The position numbers and the translations under genes were made by a program. A DNA stretch of 64,000 nt. It comes from Lytechinus pictus (lineage: Eukaryota). Below are positions 26,978 to 40,838 of this stretch, piece after piece. The notes beneath the pieces were generated by a model that saw only the letters and a program-made list of their open reading frames with translations, was not told where the DNA came from and did no database searches. Within the stretch, counting starts at the first letter, position 1. Each line of letters opens with the position of its first letter. The DNA lies in the NCBI RefSeq assembly GCF_037042905.1, contig NC_087256.1:4836001-4900000 (forward strand), read 5' to 3'.

Positions 26978-27973
26978 CAGGGGCGGCGGAACCGGGGGGC
27001 GGCAGGGGCACTTAACCCCCTACATAAAAAAATCCCAGTAGGAAAAAATGCCTTTTTTAAATGGAGAGTGCACTTATTTCAAAATGATGTACATGAATGT
27101 CCCTTTTCAAAATAAAATACCCTTTTTGAAGTCAAACGATACATTTTAGGTTGGAAATCACAAAATTTTTGGCTCGCGCTTCGCGCCCACATCATTTATT
27201 TTTTAGGAAGGCACTCACTTTGTTTTGGTTACAACTTGTGCTTATAATGTTCAATTTTCAGGTTTAAATGTCACAAATCTTCAGCTCGCGCTTTCCGCTC
27301 GCATCAAAGGTACACATTATGTTCTTGGTTTCAAACTGCTTAGAATATCCAGTTTTCAGGTTGAAATATTACAAATTTTCGGCTCGCCGCGCTTCGCATC
27401 AATTATTATTTATTAAGACACACAATTAAGTTCTTGGGTTAAAAAAGTGCTTAGAATGTCCAGTTTTCTGGTTGGAATATCGCGCTCGCGTCCATTCTTC
27501 AATTAGATGCACATCTTTTTCATAACAAAATTGCTCGGAATGTTTGATTTTCATGTCTTATTAGTCATGTTAGTACAAGCAATGTCTAGAATTTATAGCT
27601 CGCGATTTGCGCTCTTAACACCTCGCAAGAATGCTCTTTTAACAATAATTTGCGCGATTTGACCAAAAAGCGGCGAGTTTCACAACTTTAGATTTGAAAA
27701 TGTTCAAACTGTTTGCTTACTACGCTCGGTCCCGGAAAAATAAAGCCTAAATAGATATTTTATCAATCAGAAAAGACTTTAAAAAGGTTTTGCTCAATTT
27801 AATTACTACAAAACGCACAACTACTTAACACAGATGATAATCTCATGGTGAAAATATAAGTTTGCATAAAAAATTCAATTTTTTGCATATAAGTGCCTTT
27901 TTTCGCTTTGTCCCCCCCCCCCCAAAAAAAAAAAAAAAAAAAAAAAAATTGAAAATACGTTCCGTCGCCTATG
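26978..27973. mobile_element. Non-autonomous DNA-transposon-like element (CAGGGGCGGCGGAAC...GTTCCGTCGCCTATG) with internal GCTCGCGCTTCGCGC repeats
   Basis: 15-bp imperfect TIRs and internal ~90-100 bp degenerate units; no clear TSD. Confidence 0.5.
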
Positions 27974-28258
27974 ATTCCGTCACCTATGGCACTCGCTGGT
28001 ATTTGAATATATCATCATTTACACCCTCTCAAAGAAAGCAGACTTACTTTTGCCCTTTATTTTGCCCACAATGGAACTTACAGGAAAGCATATCAAACAG
28101 GATGCAAATGGAGGTCTATTCAGCCGGACGTTATTATACGCTTTGGAGTTTGGATTCTTGTTTGCCTAGAAAACGTAAAGTATTTCAAGAGTTTTTATAT
28201 TTTCATTACATCTTTGTCCTTATTTCTCTATATCCGTAGCTCTACCATGTGCGTATTC

Positions 28259-28760
28259 GGGGGCGCCAAAATAGGGAGAAAAGGGAAGGAAAGAAAAGGG
28301 GTTGACGAATTGCTGTTTGACATGGGGGGGGGGGGTGGATGCGCCGAATTGATGTTCAACCTAGAGTATGTATATAGCGGGTGCCGAATTTATGTTTTGC
28401 TTAGGGGCGCCGAATTGATGTTCGACCTAGGATGTGCCAAATTGATCTTCATCCTAGGGGGGGGGGGCGAATTAATGTTTTACCTCGGGGCGCCGTATAG
28501 ATGTTCGACATAGGGGCACCGAAGGGCACCGAAGGGCACCGAAATGATGTTTAACCTTGGGGATGGGGCGCCGAATAATTTTTTTCTATATACGGTTGTC
28601 GAGTTGCTGTTTGACATATAGGGGCGCCGAATTGATGTTCAACCTAGGGGGTGCCGAATGGATATTCACCACACGCCAATTTGATATTTGTCTCGGTGCA
28701 TCAAATTCAGGTTCAATTTACCTAGGGAGGGGAGGGGGTGCCAAACTCATGTTTGCTCCC
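28259..28760. repeat. ~28-35 bp minisatellite (GGGGCGCCGAATTGATGTTCGACCTAG-like units)
   Basis: More than ten degenerate copies visible in tandem. Confidence 0.8.
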
Positions 28761-28774
28761 ATCAATTACCAATC

Positions 28775-29920
28775 ATGTTCATGATTACCAAAAGTGCCTA
28801 GAAAGTCCTAATTTTAGATCAGAATATAAAAACAAATTCATCCTACTCTTCGCATTAATTGTTTAGTAAGGTGGCGATCCTGTTCATGGTAAGATAAGTG
28901 CTTAGAATGTCTGACTTTGTATCAAAATATATAGATTTTTATTCAGCTCGCGCTTCGCGCTCGCATAAACTGTTTTGTTACTGATCATCCTTTTCATGAT
29001 AACCGAAAATGCTTACTCAAATGTCCAAATTTTAGGTAAGAATATGAAAAAAATTTCATCTCGCTCTTTGCGGACGCATCAATGTTTAGTTAGATGACAA
29101 TCCTGTTCATGATTACCAAAAGTGCTTAGAATGTCCACATTTTAGGTCAAAATATCAATCACTTTTTAAGCTCGCGCTTCGCACTCGCACAAATTTACGA
29201 GGTCAGAATATCAAAAAATTTGAACTCGCGCTTAGCGCTCGCATTAATTATTTAGCTATATACCCATCCTGTTCATGGTTATAAAAAGTGCTTATGATGT
29301 CCAGTGTTGGATTGGGAATTCAAAAATTGTCAGTTCGCACTTCGTGATCGCATAAAATGTTTTGTTACTGATCATCCTTTTCATGATAACCGAAAATGCT
29401 TACTCAAATGTCCAAATTTTAGGTAAGAATATGAAAAAAATTTCATCTCGCTCTTTGCGGACGCATCAATGTTTAGTTAGATGACAATCCTGTTCATGAT
29501 TACCAAAAGTGCTTAGAATGTCCACATTTTAGGTCAAAATATCAATCACTTTTTAAGCTCGCGCTTCGCACTCGCACAAATTTACGAGGTCAGAATATCA
29601 AAAAATTTGAACTCGCGCTTAGCGCTCGCATTAATTATTTAGCTATATACCCATCCTGTTCATGGTTATAAAAAGTGCTTATGATGTCCAGTGTTGGATT
29701 GGGAATTCAAAAATTGTCAGTTCGCACTTCGTGATCGCATAAAATGTTGATAGATACTCATCCTGTTCTTGATTGCCAAAAGTGCTCATAGATTTTTTTC
29801 CCCTCAAATTTTAGGTCAGAATATAAAAAAAATTCAGCTCACGTTTCGCGCTCGTATCAATAATAATTGTTTAAATAATTCATATACATATCATGTTCAC
29901 GGTTGCAAAAAGCGTAGAAT
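28775..29920. repeat. ~100 bp GCTCGCGCTTCGCGCTCGC satellite containing a 387-bp tandem duplication
   Basis: 28971-29361 is repeated, apparently exactly, at 29358-29748; sub-units CATCCTGTTCATG..AAAGTGCTTAGAATGTCC recur. Confidence 0.85.
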
Positions 29921-31254
29921 GTTTGATCGGAAAACAGATGAAAATATCCCCCTCCCCTATTGGCGAAAGCTGGATCTAGCCCCGGTTAAGAAATTACAGC
30001 TCCCGCACATAATTTTAATATGGTCTACCACTCTGATGAAAAGTTGAACTAAATTGAAACCCCAAAACGCTTAAAAATTCTATGCTTTCTGGTCGCATTT
30101 ATTCTTTTCAAGAAGTGGATACAACTTTGATCTTTTTTTACATGGACACACTATGGACACATTAAAAAAAATGGTCTTCGATTGCCTTTTTCACGTGGTT
30201 GTGGAATAAGACAATTCAAAATGCATTTAGGCACTTTGATTGCCTGAGTGGTCGGGTCGGGGTGCAATTTTCCGAAAAGTTCACAGGGGCGCAAAAATAG
30301 TGACCCCCTCGTGGTGCAAAATCCTGGATATGCGCATGTCCGTCGGGCATCGTTTCCACTTTTGTACCTCTTTATCTATACCGGTGTGATACTATATAAG
30401 TCCATGGATCAGTTTACTTCCATTTCGTCTGATGCCAAATCGTCAAATTGCCAACTCGCCTACTATCATTAAAGTCTACCATAATTATGTTCATCCACTA
30501 TCGTCTAGTAACCAGTTGGTCCAATAGCCATTCAGTCCATATACCATTTGGTCTAATTGGACAACGTGCTATTGTGCAAAATGAATGAAAATGAATTGGA
30601 TACTGGACCAAATAGTTGTTCGACGAAATATTGATGGACGGAATGGATATGGACTAAATTAAATCAGACCATGTGGTGAGTGCAAGTTGGCACTTGGCAG
30701 TCGACGACTTGGCAATTTACCAATGGACCTACTAGGCCACTAAATTGAACTTGTCCGAGTGTGCCATAACACCTAAACTGCAGGCTTTCTCATATCCGAT
30801 ACCCCCCCCCCCCATCCCCGCCGCCCCAAGAAAGGGAAGGGGGGCATGGAGGAGAGAGAAGAAATAAAGAAAGAAGTAGATTGTTGAAAGGGAATCAAAA
30901 TAATATGAATCAAAGGGAATGTAAACGCAATATCATACTCTGTTTGAATCGCTTCTCTTTCATGGAATTTATATTTTGAATAGATCGTTTCATTTCAGTC
31001 TTTCACATTATTTTACTTTCAACCCTGTATTTCATCAGCTTTACTATCAAAAGCCTGCGTAGCGAATTACAAAACGTCCCATCCTTGTTTCACCACCCAT
31101 GACATTACGTAATTATCATTTTATTATTATCATGTAATGAAATTCATACTGTGTTTACACGCTGCATCTGCTGTCAGTTTGACTACCTTGTAAATATTTA
31201 TTTACAAGGTAAAGCTTATTTCCAAGGTAATATTTATTTACAAGGTAAAGCCTA

Positions 31255-31372
31255 TTTCCCCACTGGAAAATAGCTTTAGAGCTTTCGTGGGTCATCCTGT
31301 GTAAGCCTGTTGTTTTTAATGCTACTGTATATATATTATGGTGACTTGCGAAATAAAATCAATCAATCAATA
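31255..31372 (+). mobile_element. LINE 3' end with (ATCA)n tail
   Basis: CCCCACTGGAAAATAG..GTGGG stem followed by AATAAAATCAATCAATCAA. Confidence 0.4.
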
Positions 31373-31816
31373 TTTTTTGACGATATCCAGTTGAAATCAG
31401 TGGCGTTCAAAATAATGGGGAAGGATTGGGCTATATGGATTCCCAAATTTGTCACGGCCAATACAAAAAGAAAGCGAGAAGGGGAACTAATATCTGAATA
31501 TTATGTCAAAATCTATCACCGATAAAAAATGATTTGTGCCCGACACATATATCTGGCCCCTTAATTCATATATTTTACGTTTATTATTTACGCCAATAGT
31601 TCAAGCAAGGTTCCTAACATCTTTCTGTATTTTTCGATGTTTACACAATTCCTAGCCTTGGGTTGGGGGTTGTGTGTATTCCTTATGTTCGCATTTTTTA
31701 ATGTTATTTTTCTATTTATTTCAATATTATCCTCTCCAACTTTATTATGGTATGACTATTCAAGGAATTATAATTACTCGTTTGCTTGCATGCTCCATGA
31801 CCGCTTTGCCTTCACT

Positions 31817-32353
31817 CCGGGGGGGGGGGGGGGGCACTTACATTGACGAGTGGATACTATGCGCGACCCCAAAAACACGTAAAAAGGATGTCTTTTTGTC
31901 AAAAACACACAAATATTTAAAAAAGGGTATCTATGTTGCTAGGAAAGCTACGTGTTTAGGGTAATATTTTCGGGGATGATGAAACAAAATTAAAATGTTT
32001 TATAAAGGATGTCCTTTTTGCCCCAACACTACGTGTTTAGAGTCCGACTTGCGCGAGTTGTGGAAGGTGCATGGGGCCGTACTAAACCAAAATAATGATG
32101 TATAAAGGTAAAACCAACGACCGACGGACCCGACATAACAATAAAATATCGCTGTACTTGTTTAGGGGTTCATTTCGGGAATACTTGCCAAGAGTATCGT
32201 TTTGTTTCCAATACTTGTTAAGGGTCGGTTTGAGACGCCAATACTTGTTAAGGGGTGCAGTTTGAGAATATGGAAAATACGTGTTTGGGTGCTTTTCGAG
32301 ACCCCATGGTCGCGCATGGTATCCACTCGTCAATGGAAGTGCCCCCCCCCCCC
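31817..32353. mobile_element. Non-autonomous TIR element with G/C-run termini and an 8-9 bp flanking direct repeat
   Basis: GGGGCACTTACATTGACGAGTGGATACTATGCGCGACC / GGTCGCGCATGGTATCCACTCGTCAATGGAAGTGCCCC; GCCTTCACT at 31808-31816 and 32354-32362. Confidence 0.8.
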
Positions 32354-34418
32354 GCCTTCACTTCTCTCAGTGCGTATTCAGAACTATTACTGTATTCTCA
32401 TTGATCCCCCTGGAGTTGTAAAAAACCCATAAAGGCAAAATATTATATTTTCATCGGCAGCACATGTGCATTAATTACATCATCATAAATTAAGTACATC
32501 AGGGTCCATGATCAGAAAAAGCGTATACCCATTAAACCTCGCCAGATGGGGCTTGTCCCAAAATAAAAATTTTATTTTTGTCTCGTTTCGAAATTTCATT
32601 TTTATTTTGGCTGCTATATGCTTCAAGCACATATTTGCTTACTGTATATAGTTTGCCTATGCATTTTACTCATTATATATATATTTTGTTATATATTGTA
32701 TTTCTCCAGTCACTACATATACGATTGTCACTTGTATTATGATCATGTCTCAAGCATTGTAAATTTGTTTTGTATATTATTCCAATAAATGCAAAAAAAT
32801 CCTGCAAAAAAAGCCACATCACCACATAGTTGAACCATTCCAACTATTTATACGATCAATACGATCGCCTCGACTGATCTGATACGATTAATTATTCCGC
32901 GATTATAATTAAGGCCCTTGGAACCGGGGGTGCAAAGCACCCCCAAGATTTTACAATGGGGTGCGGCGTGCATTATTTTCCATGTAGGCAGCTCCCCCTG
33001 GAATTCTGGTATAGGTGTCGAATTGGATAAATGTAGGAAAATTACCAACATTTTGTATTGGAACCTTTTTTAATGTTTTTCTTTTGCTTTGTCAAATTTT
33101 CCTCAGCACCGCCACCAAAAAAAAAAATCGTGACAGTGTGAACTTGGCACTTTTTTTTCAATCATAAAAAATGATTATATTATTTTCCCGCATGAGTTTT
33201 GAAATATTGACACGTACGCCAGAATCTCTTTGGTCCTAATATGAAGCATAAATTTCCACGTCTATAAAACAACAGTTATCATTCGTTTTTCCTATAGTTA
33301 TAGCAGGGAAATGGGAGTTACAATTCCATTGATAAATAAGTCTAAAATGTTATGCCAATCAAGATGCAAGTCCCGGATGCAAGTAATGTCTTTGTCCTGC
33401 TCATGTCGCAGTCATTCACATTTTTTCAACGGTTGAACTGCTCGTGCACACTCTGTATGCGTATAGGCCTTTCCCGGAGGCCTTTCTTCCTCTCATTTGT
33501 TATAAAATTTCATCTTTTTATCAATTCTTTCTACTTGTTTACTGTCTATGAAGGGGTAGCAAGTTGATCTCCCATGGTCTATTGCTGCATCATGTATCCA
33601 TTTCTCTTTGACCATCCATTTCTTGGGAAAATACATCAATTGGATGATCCATTTATATATGCCTATCCACCCATTCTTTCAGTCATCCATCCACCGGTCG
33701 TGCTGATGGTTTGATTATAGCATGGACCTAATAGGTCCATGATTGTATAAAGTATAAAGCGCCCTACTATATCATTATAGGCTACCCCCCACCCCCTCCC
33801 CATACTACATAAAAACTCGGCGACCCATGTACACATTTCAAAGCAGACGTAATGTACATGCACAATTCCCTTGTACATGTTGCACCTTGCTGCTTCTCCA
33901 GGTTTGCTTAGTCTTCTTTCACATACGTTGTTGCACTTTGCCCCACGGCGTGCCTTGTAAAGTTCTGTTGTAAGACTCTACATGCTGGTCGGCCCTGGAA
34001 ATCACAACTCTGAAGCACGTGCACCGCGCAATACTCAACTTCTCATTTTTCCATATCTCGATGCAAGCTTTCTTGTGTGGATGCAAAAATAAGAGTTTTC
34101 CCAGAAATCTTGTCCCTGACGTCATGTCTGCCCCCCCTCATTTTTTGACACATGACGCCTTTACTCTGCTTGTTCGACCTTGAGCCGTTGGTCCCCTGGT
34201 TGCTTGCTCACAGGCATTCGTGCTTTCTTAGCAGTCAGGTAAAAACCTCGGCACAGAAATAACAGAAATTAGCAACTTGATGCGTACGTTGGTCACATTC
34301 ATGCTATCACGGTCTACACAATGTAGACTACACGTACGTACTTCGCATCAACAGGTTTCTCAGCTCACCTTTTGACCTCGCGAGTTCAATCTAAACAAAC
34401 GAAGAGTAGTCAAGTGTT

Positions 34419-34614
34419 GCATTGGGATTGTATCTTCGTTATGTTTTACTACAGGCCTATATTTAACCCCGCATTGGGGTTGCATCTTCGTTATGTTTTA
34501 CTATAGGCCTATATTTAACCCCGCATTGGGGTTGCATATTCGTTATGTTTTACTATAGGCATATATGATTGCATCTTCGTTATGTTTTACTATAGGCCTA
34601 TATTTAACCCCGTA
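34419..34614. repeat. 52-bp tandem repeat, ~3.5 copies
   Basis: Unit GCATTGGGGTTGCATCTTCGTTATGTTTTACTATAGGCCTATATTTAACCCC starts at 34419, 34471 and 34523, then a partial copy. Confidence 0.9.
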
Positions 34615-37600
34615 TTAAACAAACCCTGTTTTATATCATAGAACCTGCTCTGAAAGTAATCGTTTTTCTCTTCGCCCTTTCCCTTCATGCTTGGCTGTAG
34701 ACAGAATGGTGGTGGCCGTCTGTTTAGAGTTTTAAATATTTTTGGTCTAACTTTTTTTTCCAATTTCTCCTCTGTACTTTGCGAGTGGATCTAAATAATC
34801 TGAAACTGACTGAAACATTCAGGAAAGATAAAAAAACACCAAAATATCAAATTAGGGTATGTTGTATCCATACCCCTTTATGATGGCTCTCCTGATTCTC
34901 TTTCACCAATCCACTTCTTTCTTTCTTCTCTCTCCTCCCTCCCCCTTTCCTTTGGGGAGGGCCAAGGAGTCAGTATACAGAGTATACATACAGTGAGCTG
35001 CGCTATAGCGCCTCGCTGTAGTTCCCGTATATGTATCACGCCAAGCTATACATGAAGGGAAAGGTGCATAAAAGAGCTACAATCCACATGAATAAAGATC
35101 AAACTCGGAACTCGGCCCTTGCCCATCTCTGGGATTCTCGTATCTCTTTTAGTCTTGGAGTACTTTCAGATTCATGACATAAGAGTCCGAAAGTAAGCCG
35201 TATTGGGCAATCCTTTGCTTCGTCATTCACGTCAGATAATCAACGTGTCTGAATCCTTTTTCACGCGTACGATACATTTATGGATATAGCTCAATATAGT
35301 ATTCTTATCCTGTGTGTGCTATCGCAAATAGTGGATTATATCTGAAACTAATGCAGAGCGCAAGCATGTCGCTAGCCGCCTAGCATCGGCTCATTGAGCT
35401 TGCACGCACCGTTCGATGTTTGCTTTCTACTCAGCTACACACACAGAGTACTGCACTTTGTTGATACGGGGATTTCTTGATACTGCGCATGCGCCATGAC
35501 GTATTTCATCAATATGCATGAGTCGTAATGAATATGCATGATTCGAACGGTGTTCTAATATCAATTTATTTTTTAACCCGAGAGGGCGTCAATAAGAAAG
35601 TTCAACCTTATATCGATTAACCGATAATTGTTATAATATATGTTTCACCCCTCAATATCATGAGAATATAAAAGTTATGCAAGTTTCTTTTCCGTGATAA
35701 AATAGAGCAATAATATAGGTATTTAATGAATGTAATAATTTCAAAATTGATTCATTGCCCTTGTCTGAGATCAACCAATCATACACTATACCTTTAATCT
35801 GTCCGATGGTCCGAAAATAGTGATAACACCCGCCCCCTAAAAAATTACAAAAAACAAACTATGGCGATTATTTTGGGAAATTCATCTCAAAAGAAAGACT
35901 TTTAGTCATTACCTTTATTAATAGGGATTGTCTAAAGTAAAATACCCCCTTTTTCTGAATTCGAAATATTATTTTTGTTTTTATACGTTAGTTTGTGATG
36001 GAAATATTATTAGCTTATAAAAGAGGGCTCCAGATATTAGACAATCCAAAAGGCGTTTTTAAATCAATCGTTTCATTTCATTTAATTTGTTTTCATATTT
36101 CTCGTTTGACATTGTTCTACATAAAAAGAAAACAACAGAATAGTAAATAATATTTTTTTAAAATAACAAAAAATACAAGTAACATAATACAATCTGTCAA
36201 GTAATGAAGTAAGCTTATAAGTGATGGGAAATACATAAAAGCAAACTTGTATAACTGTACGCCCTGTCGTATTTATCTCTCCTATGTCAATCAATATCTG
36301 ATAGTAAGATCTAATTAATTTAAAGACTACATACAAACATAGTCTTGGATAGCCACATGATAATACATTAATGTAAGACATAAGAAGATATCGTTTGCAG
36401 ATGATAAAAAATATATTTTTCATTATGTTTTCGAACATAATTATACCGAGTAAAAGACCTACGAATAATCACAAATGATATTCTAGTAATAAAAAAATTG
36501 TTTGGTATTCAAACTTAAGTTGAATAGAGACGTGTTCAAAAACTTGTTTCTCTTGCACTTTATTCAAATTCAAGAATCAACATAAAGCAAAATCAAAAAA
36601 GCAAAATCTTCTATCACATACCATTAATAAGACTAAGAAATGTTGAAAGTATCCACTCAGTTAATAGCAAGAAAATCGCCCCTCGTCGTACACAAGTAAA
36701 TCATGACTGATTAGATAGGTGATGAATATACATTAAATACCATCCAAACATTTCCAAATCGATAATGGCATAAATAAATTTCATGCGTACACCGTATTGG
36801 TGATATTTGCTGTCATACAAAGACTTATATATCAATTATCCAATATCTGAATAATGCGAATAAGCTCTATAGTCTGCTCTATACACAGACCATCTACTAA
36901 GAAAAGAAATGTAGCACTGACTTAGCAAATCGTTTTTCTGCTCGGCGATAACATTGATCATGTTGATGGACATATATCTTTCTGCTCGTTGAGGTGGTCC
37001 ACGCAAAGTGAATGGCATAATAACGATATAGATCAAATACCAAACAAGAAAGGTTCTTACTTCAATGGCTGTATCAATAATACTTCGATTGATTTTGGAA
37101 TGATAATGGACTGATGCAAATAGACCAAAATCAATATGCACACCCACCGCACGCGTGACACGAACACTACTTTAAATTAAAATGCTCTTGAGGTGAATTC
37201 CAGCGTCCCCATGAATAAAAAATATAACGCATATAAAATTATAGCAAGGACTGTGCAAATGAAATAACAAAATAATATCAATCTTTTGTTCGTAGTTTAA
37301 GATTGAAGAAAGATTCCAGATAGCAATAAGATGGAAAGCGTTGATGTCTTGCGCTCTCAAAAACGAGTTAAATCTCTAGACTAGAAGTCTTTCCACTTAT
37401 AAAGATAATTGTACTTATTAATTATTTGCCTTCCTGATCATGTGGCGGTTTCGTCTCATAACATCATATCTTTTCATTGCATTATTTTTCTTTATTAATT
37501 TAATGTCGATTTTATATGAAATTATATAGCTGAATTTAACGAAGGTACATGTTATCCCTGTTTTCCAAAGAGTATAAACAAAATTTAATGGTCACGATGT

Positions 37601-37624
37601 TGATACAGGTATCTTGCACTCTGT

Positions 37625-37929
37625 GGCGCGTATTATGAAGTCGGGTTTAATTCAAACTATGGTCTAATGTTGTGGTTTAACTATGGAAAGCCAATTGTGA
37701 CATAAGTCTCTAACAGTATAGAGATTCAATGCATCAGCTCATTCGATTTTCTAATCATTCTTACTTACCTTGGAAGGGTTAGACAGCTGTCTTCAACATT
37801 AAATAATCAAGAAAGAGCACAGTAAACATGAGAGACATTAGCTTTAAACAAACATTTGACATTGTTGGCTTTCCATAATATTAGGACACAGACTACGGTC
37901 TAAGTTAAACCCGAATTCAGAATACGGGC
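37625..37929. mobile_element. Harbinger-like MITE
   Basis: GCGCGTATTATGAAGTCGGGTTTAA / TTAAACCCGAATTCAGAATACGGGC inverted ends. Confidence 0.6.
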
Positions 37930-38458
37930 GTAAGAGTATCATTAAACGACCTTTCAGCGAGAAGAACATCATTCTATTTACAATCGACGGTAATTTTTGC
38001 ATCTGATAAACTGAGAGCAAATTTGTCAATGAAAATCATGGGTCCTTCCTAGTATAGGTGAAAAACATTGCCAAGGTACTCCATGAAGTGGAGGAGAAGA
38101 GGAGAGGTATAGTTGAGGGAAGAGTTTGGTGATACCAATAAGGATTTTGAGAACAAATAGGGGTAATAACTTGGGTAAACTTGTTATCCATCTGTATGGA
38201 GTGTGTTTACTCTGTAATGATTACCCCCTGTTGTCCATTTTTGTTTGTTGACAGGCATGGTGGTAAAGGAAAGGGTTCAAATGACGGGAGTGAGGTATGT
38301 CTAACAATGGGTCAACTGTGCAATATCTCAATTGTTAATTTCACTATCACGAAATGATAATTCATACGTGGATAAGTGTACATATTAATTACTGCATTCT
38401 GAATTATTGTTATTTGACATAATAATTTGGTCGAGACCCATTCACTGTTGGTAAATTG

Positions 38459-38670
38459 GATGATTGATTGATTGATTGATTGAGTGAGTGACTTATTGAC
38501 TGACTGACTGACTGATTGACTGATTGATTGACTGATTTATTGATTGATTGATTGGTCGGTTGACTGATTGATTGATTCATTCATTCATCCATTAATTCAT
38601 TCATTAATTGGTTGATTATTGATTGATTGGTTGATCGATCGATTGACATATCAACTGATTGATTAATTGA
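38459..38670. repeat. Compound (GATT/GACT/CATT)n microsatellite
   Basis: Directly visible tetranucleotide arrays. Confidence 0.9.
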
Positions 38671-39209
38671 GAAAGAACGATACATAGTCTACTTTTGATC
38701 AACTTTTTTTGCAATTTTTTATACAAACAATGTTTTTGTAAAACCAATCACATTTTAGAAATCGACATCGCCCTAATAGTACCATCTTATTCTTTCACAT
38801 TTTGGCATCTCTATGAAATAAGTTGTTTTTATTGCCTATTCCATGTTTTCTCTTGTTATTATTTTTATGTTAATAATCACAGTTAATATAAGAGAATAAG
38901 AGGAATTCTAATCACATGGCGCATCAGAGTAAGTCAGTGTTATGTAAATGATGGTTCTCTTTTACATCATTTTATGAAACAAGATCTTTGTTAGTGACTC
39001 GACTGGTTACTATAGTCCCCTGCAAACAAACATCTATTAATTTTTTGTGAACAGGTTCCTTCCCAAGAAAAATCTATGATTTGTTATAAAAACCGGATCC
39101 TGTCCATAACACAATGCATTCCGTTATTCATTATTTCTACCCCCCATATTCAATTATGATTATTGAAAAGAATCCCCAAACCATGGGATTCCCCGACGAT
39201 TTACCTTCA

Positions 39210-39212
<3 letters not shown>

Positions 39213-39280
<68 letters not shown>
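39213..39280. repeat. (TA)n microsatellite
   Basis: ~34 perfect TA units. Confidence 0.97.
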
Positions 39281-39284
<4 letters not shown>

Positions 39285-40617
39285 ATTCAAAGCATTGTCA
39301 AAGTCGAGCTATTTTTTTTATAATAACGATCCCGCATTGGTATCATGAGTTGACGCACAAAAAACACAATAGGGGTCTATTAGGGCCTAAATCAATTAAA
39401 GTAATTTTGAAGACTATTTTAAGTAAAAATCACCATGTAGAATACAGAACTATTTTGTTGGAATTACGACCTGATAGATATAGATATATGAACACGTCTA
39501 ACGTTTTTGCATATAATAACCTCGATGAACTTTATTCTGCATTGGAACTTTGACTGCCATTAAGACCAGTAATGTGTAGACTTTTTCTACTCATCATCAT
39601 TTTCCAAAGTCTGCTTGTTATTAAATTACCAAAATAAGCGACTCATTGACTTTATCGCACTCCTACAAGATTATTCAATCCCACTTTGCGAAATTAGTTT
39701 ATTTAAAATGTATTAATTGCATAAGCATCAGCTCAAAATCATGTATAACAGTGATTTACTTTTCTGATCTACTTGATTAATTTAATGATTTCTATATCAC
39801 GGACGTGTCAAAAATGGGCTTATTAGTAAAATTATATTGTTATATTAACCTATTAACACTTGATTCAATAACGAAATAATTATGGATTTATTTCTGTTAA
39901 CACCGAATCAAGTCTTTAAGTAAATATTGCAAGCGATAATAATACCATTAAGTGTCCGTTTCATATTACCATTGCCGATATGATAATTTGGGCAATCTAT
40001 CATTAAGTAAAATGTTAATTAATAACTTTAATATGAAATATATTGTAACAAAACTAAAGTCAATGTCTTCAAATAAATGGAGGAGCCATTAAACACGTAT
40101 TTTTAAAATGTTTCCTTCACTACTTTGTAACGTTGTCATAGCAGACAAACAGCATAGTCTGCTGACAATGATGTGTTGCTACATGAATAACAATAAACAC
40201 TGGACAACATGAATGTTTTATAGAAGTGTGGATTGGAATTTATCCCCTTATACTGCCGAGTATACATAAAGCTGACAATACTAGTGACATTAATGGGATT
40301 ACTGCGCATTTAATTGTGAAAAAAAAAAATGTTTTAAACTTGGGGGAATATAGATTTGATTCTTCGTGAATGGTGAGTCCATAAATTCAAGCTTTTTTAA
40401 AGCTGAAAATTATCAAAATGGATTTTATTCTTACAATTAAAATCAATGAAGCTGAGATGATTGATATCCATTATGTTCAATTACAAAATGATAAATAAAT
40501 ATTCATGATATTCAAACAGTAGGTATATAGTACCGAGCAAAGAAAGAGCTCGTCACAACGTCAATATCTATCTTGAATTTTTTTCCGAGGGAAAAATATA
40601 TGCCTATGTAATGTGTA

Positions 40618-40838
40618 ACACTCTAAAAACAAATAAGTCAAAATGACTATTTAATAGGGTCAGCTGAGTGCAACTGTTATTCTGTTTATATTTGACTATT
40701 TTCTAGTCATATTTTACTAGACCTGAGTTATTTCTGACTAAAATATATGTCAGAAATGTGACTATCAGTGATTGCGATATCAGTTGCATCCAGCTGACTA
40801 CTGGTCTAGTTATTTTGACTGATTTGTTTTAAGAGTGT
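40618..40838. mobile_element. Palindromic MITE (ACACTCT...AGAGTGT)
   Basis: ACACTCTAAAAACAAATAAGTCAAAATGACTA / TAGTTATTTTGACTGATTTGTTTTAAGAGTGT terminal inverted repeats. Confidence 0.7.

Noticed and set aside
28259-28760. Short direct repeats with variable intervening sequence, superficially CRISPR-like
   Set aside because: Units are degenerate and abutting with no unique spacers, there are no cas genes, and the context is eukaryotic; it is a minisatellite.
33380-34250. Cys/His-rich fragments on the minus strand (KCNNVC..RCN..HVHYVCFE) reminiscent of a piggyBac C-terminal domain
   Set aside because: Too broken by stops and frameshifts, with no catalytic motifs or termini identifiable; cannot be supported without a search.
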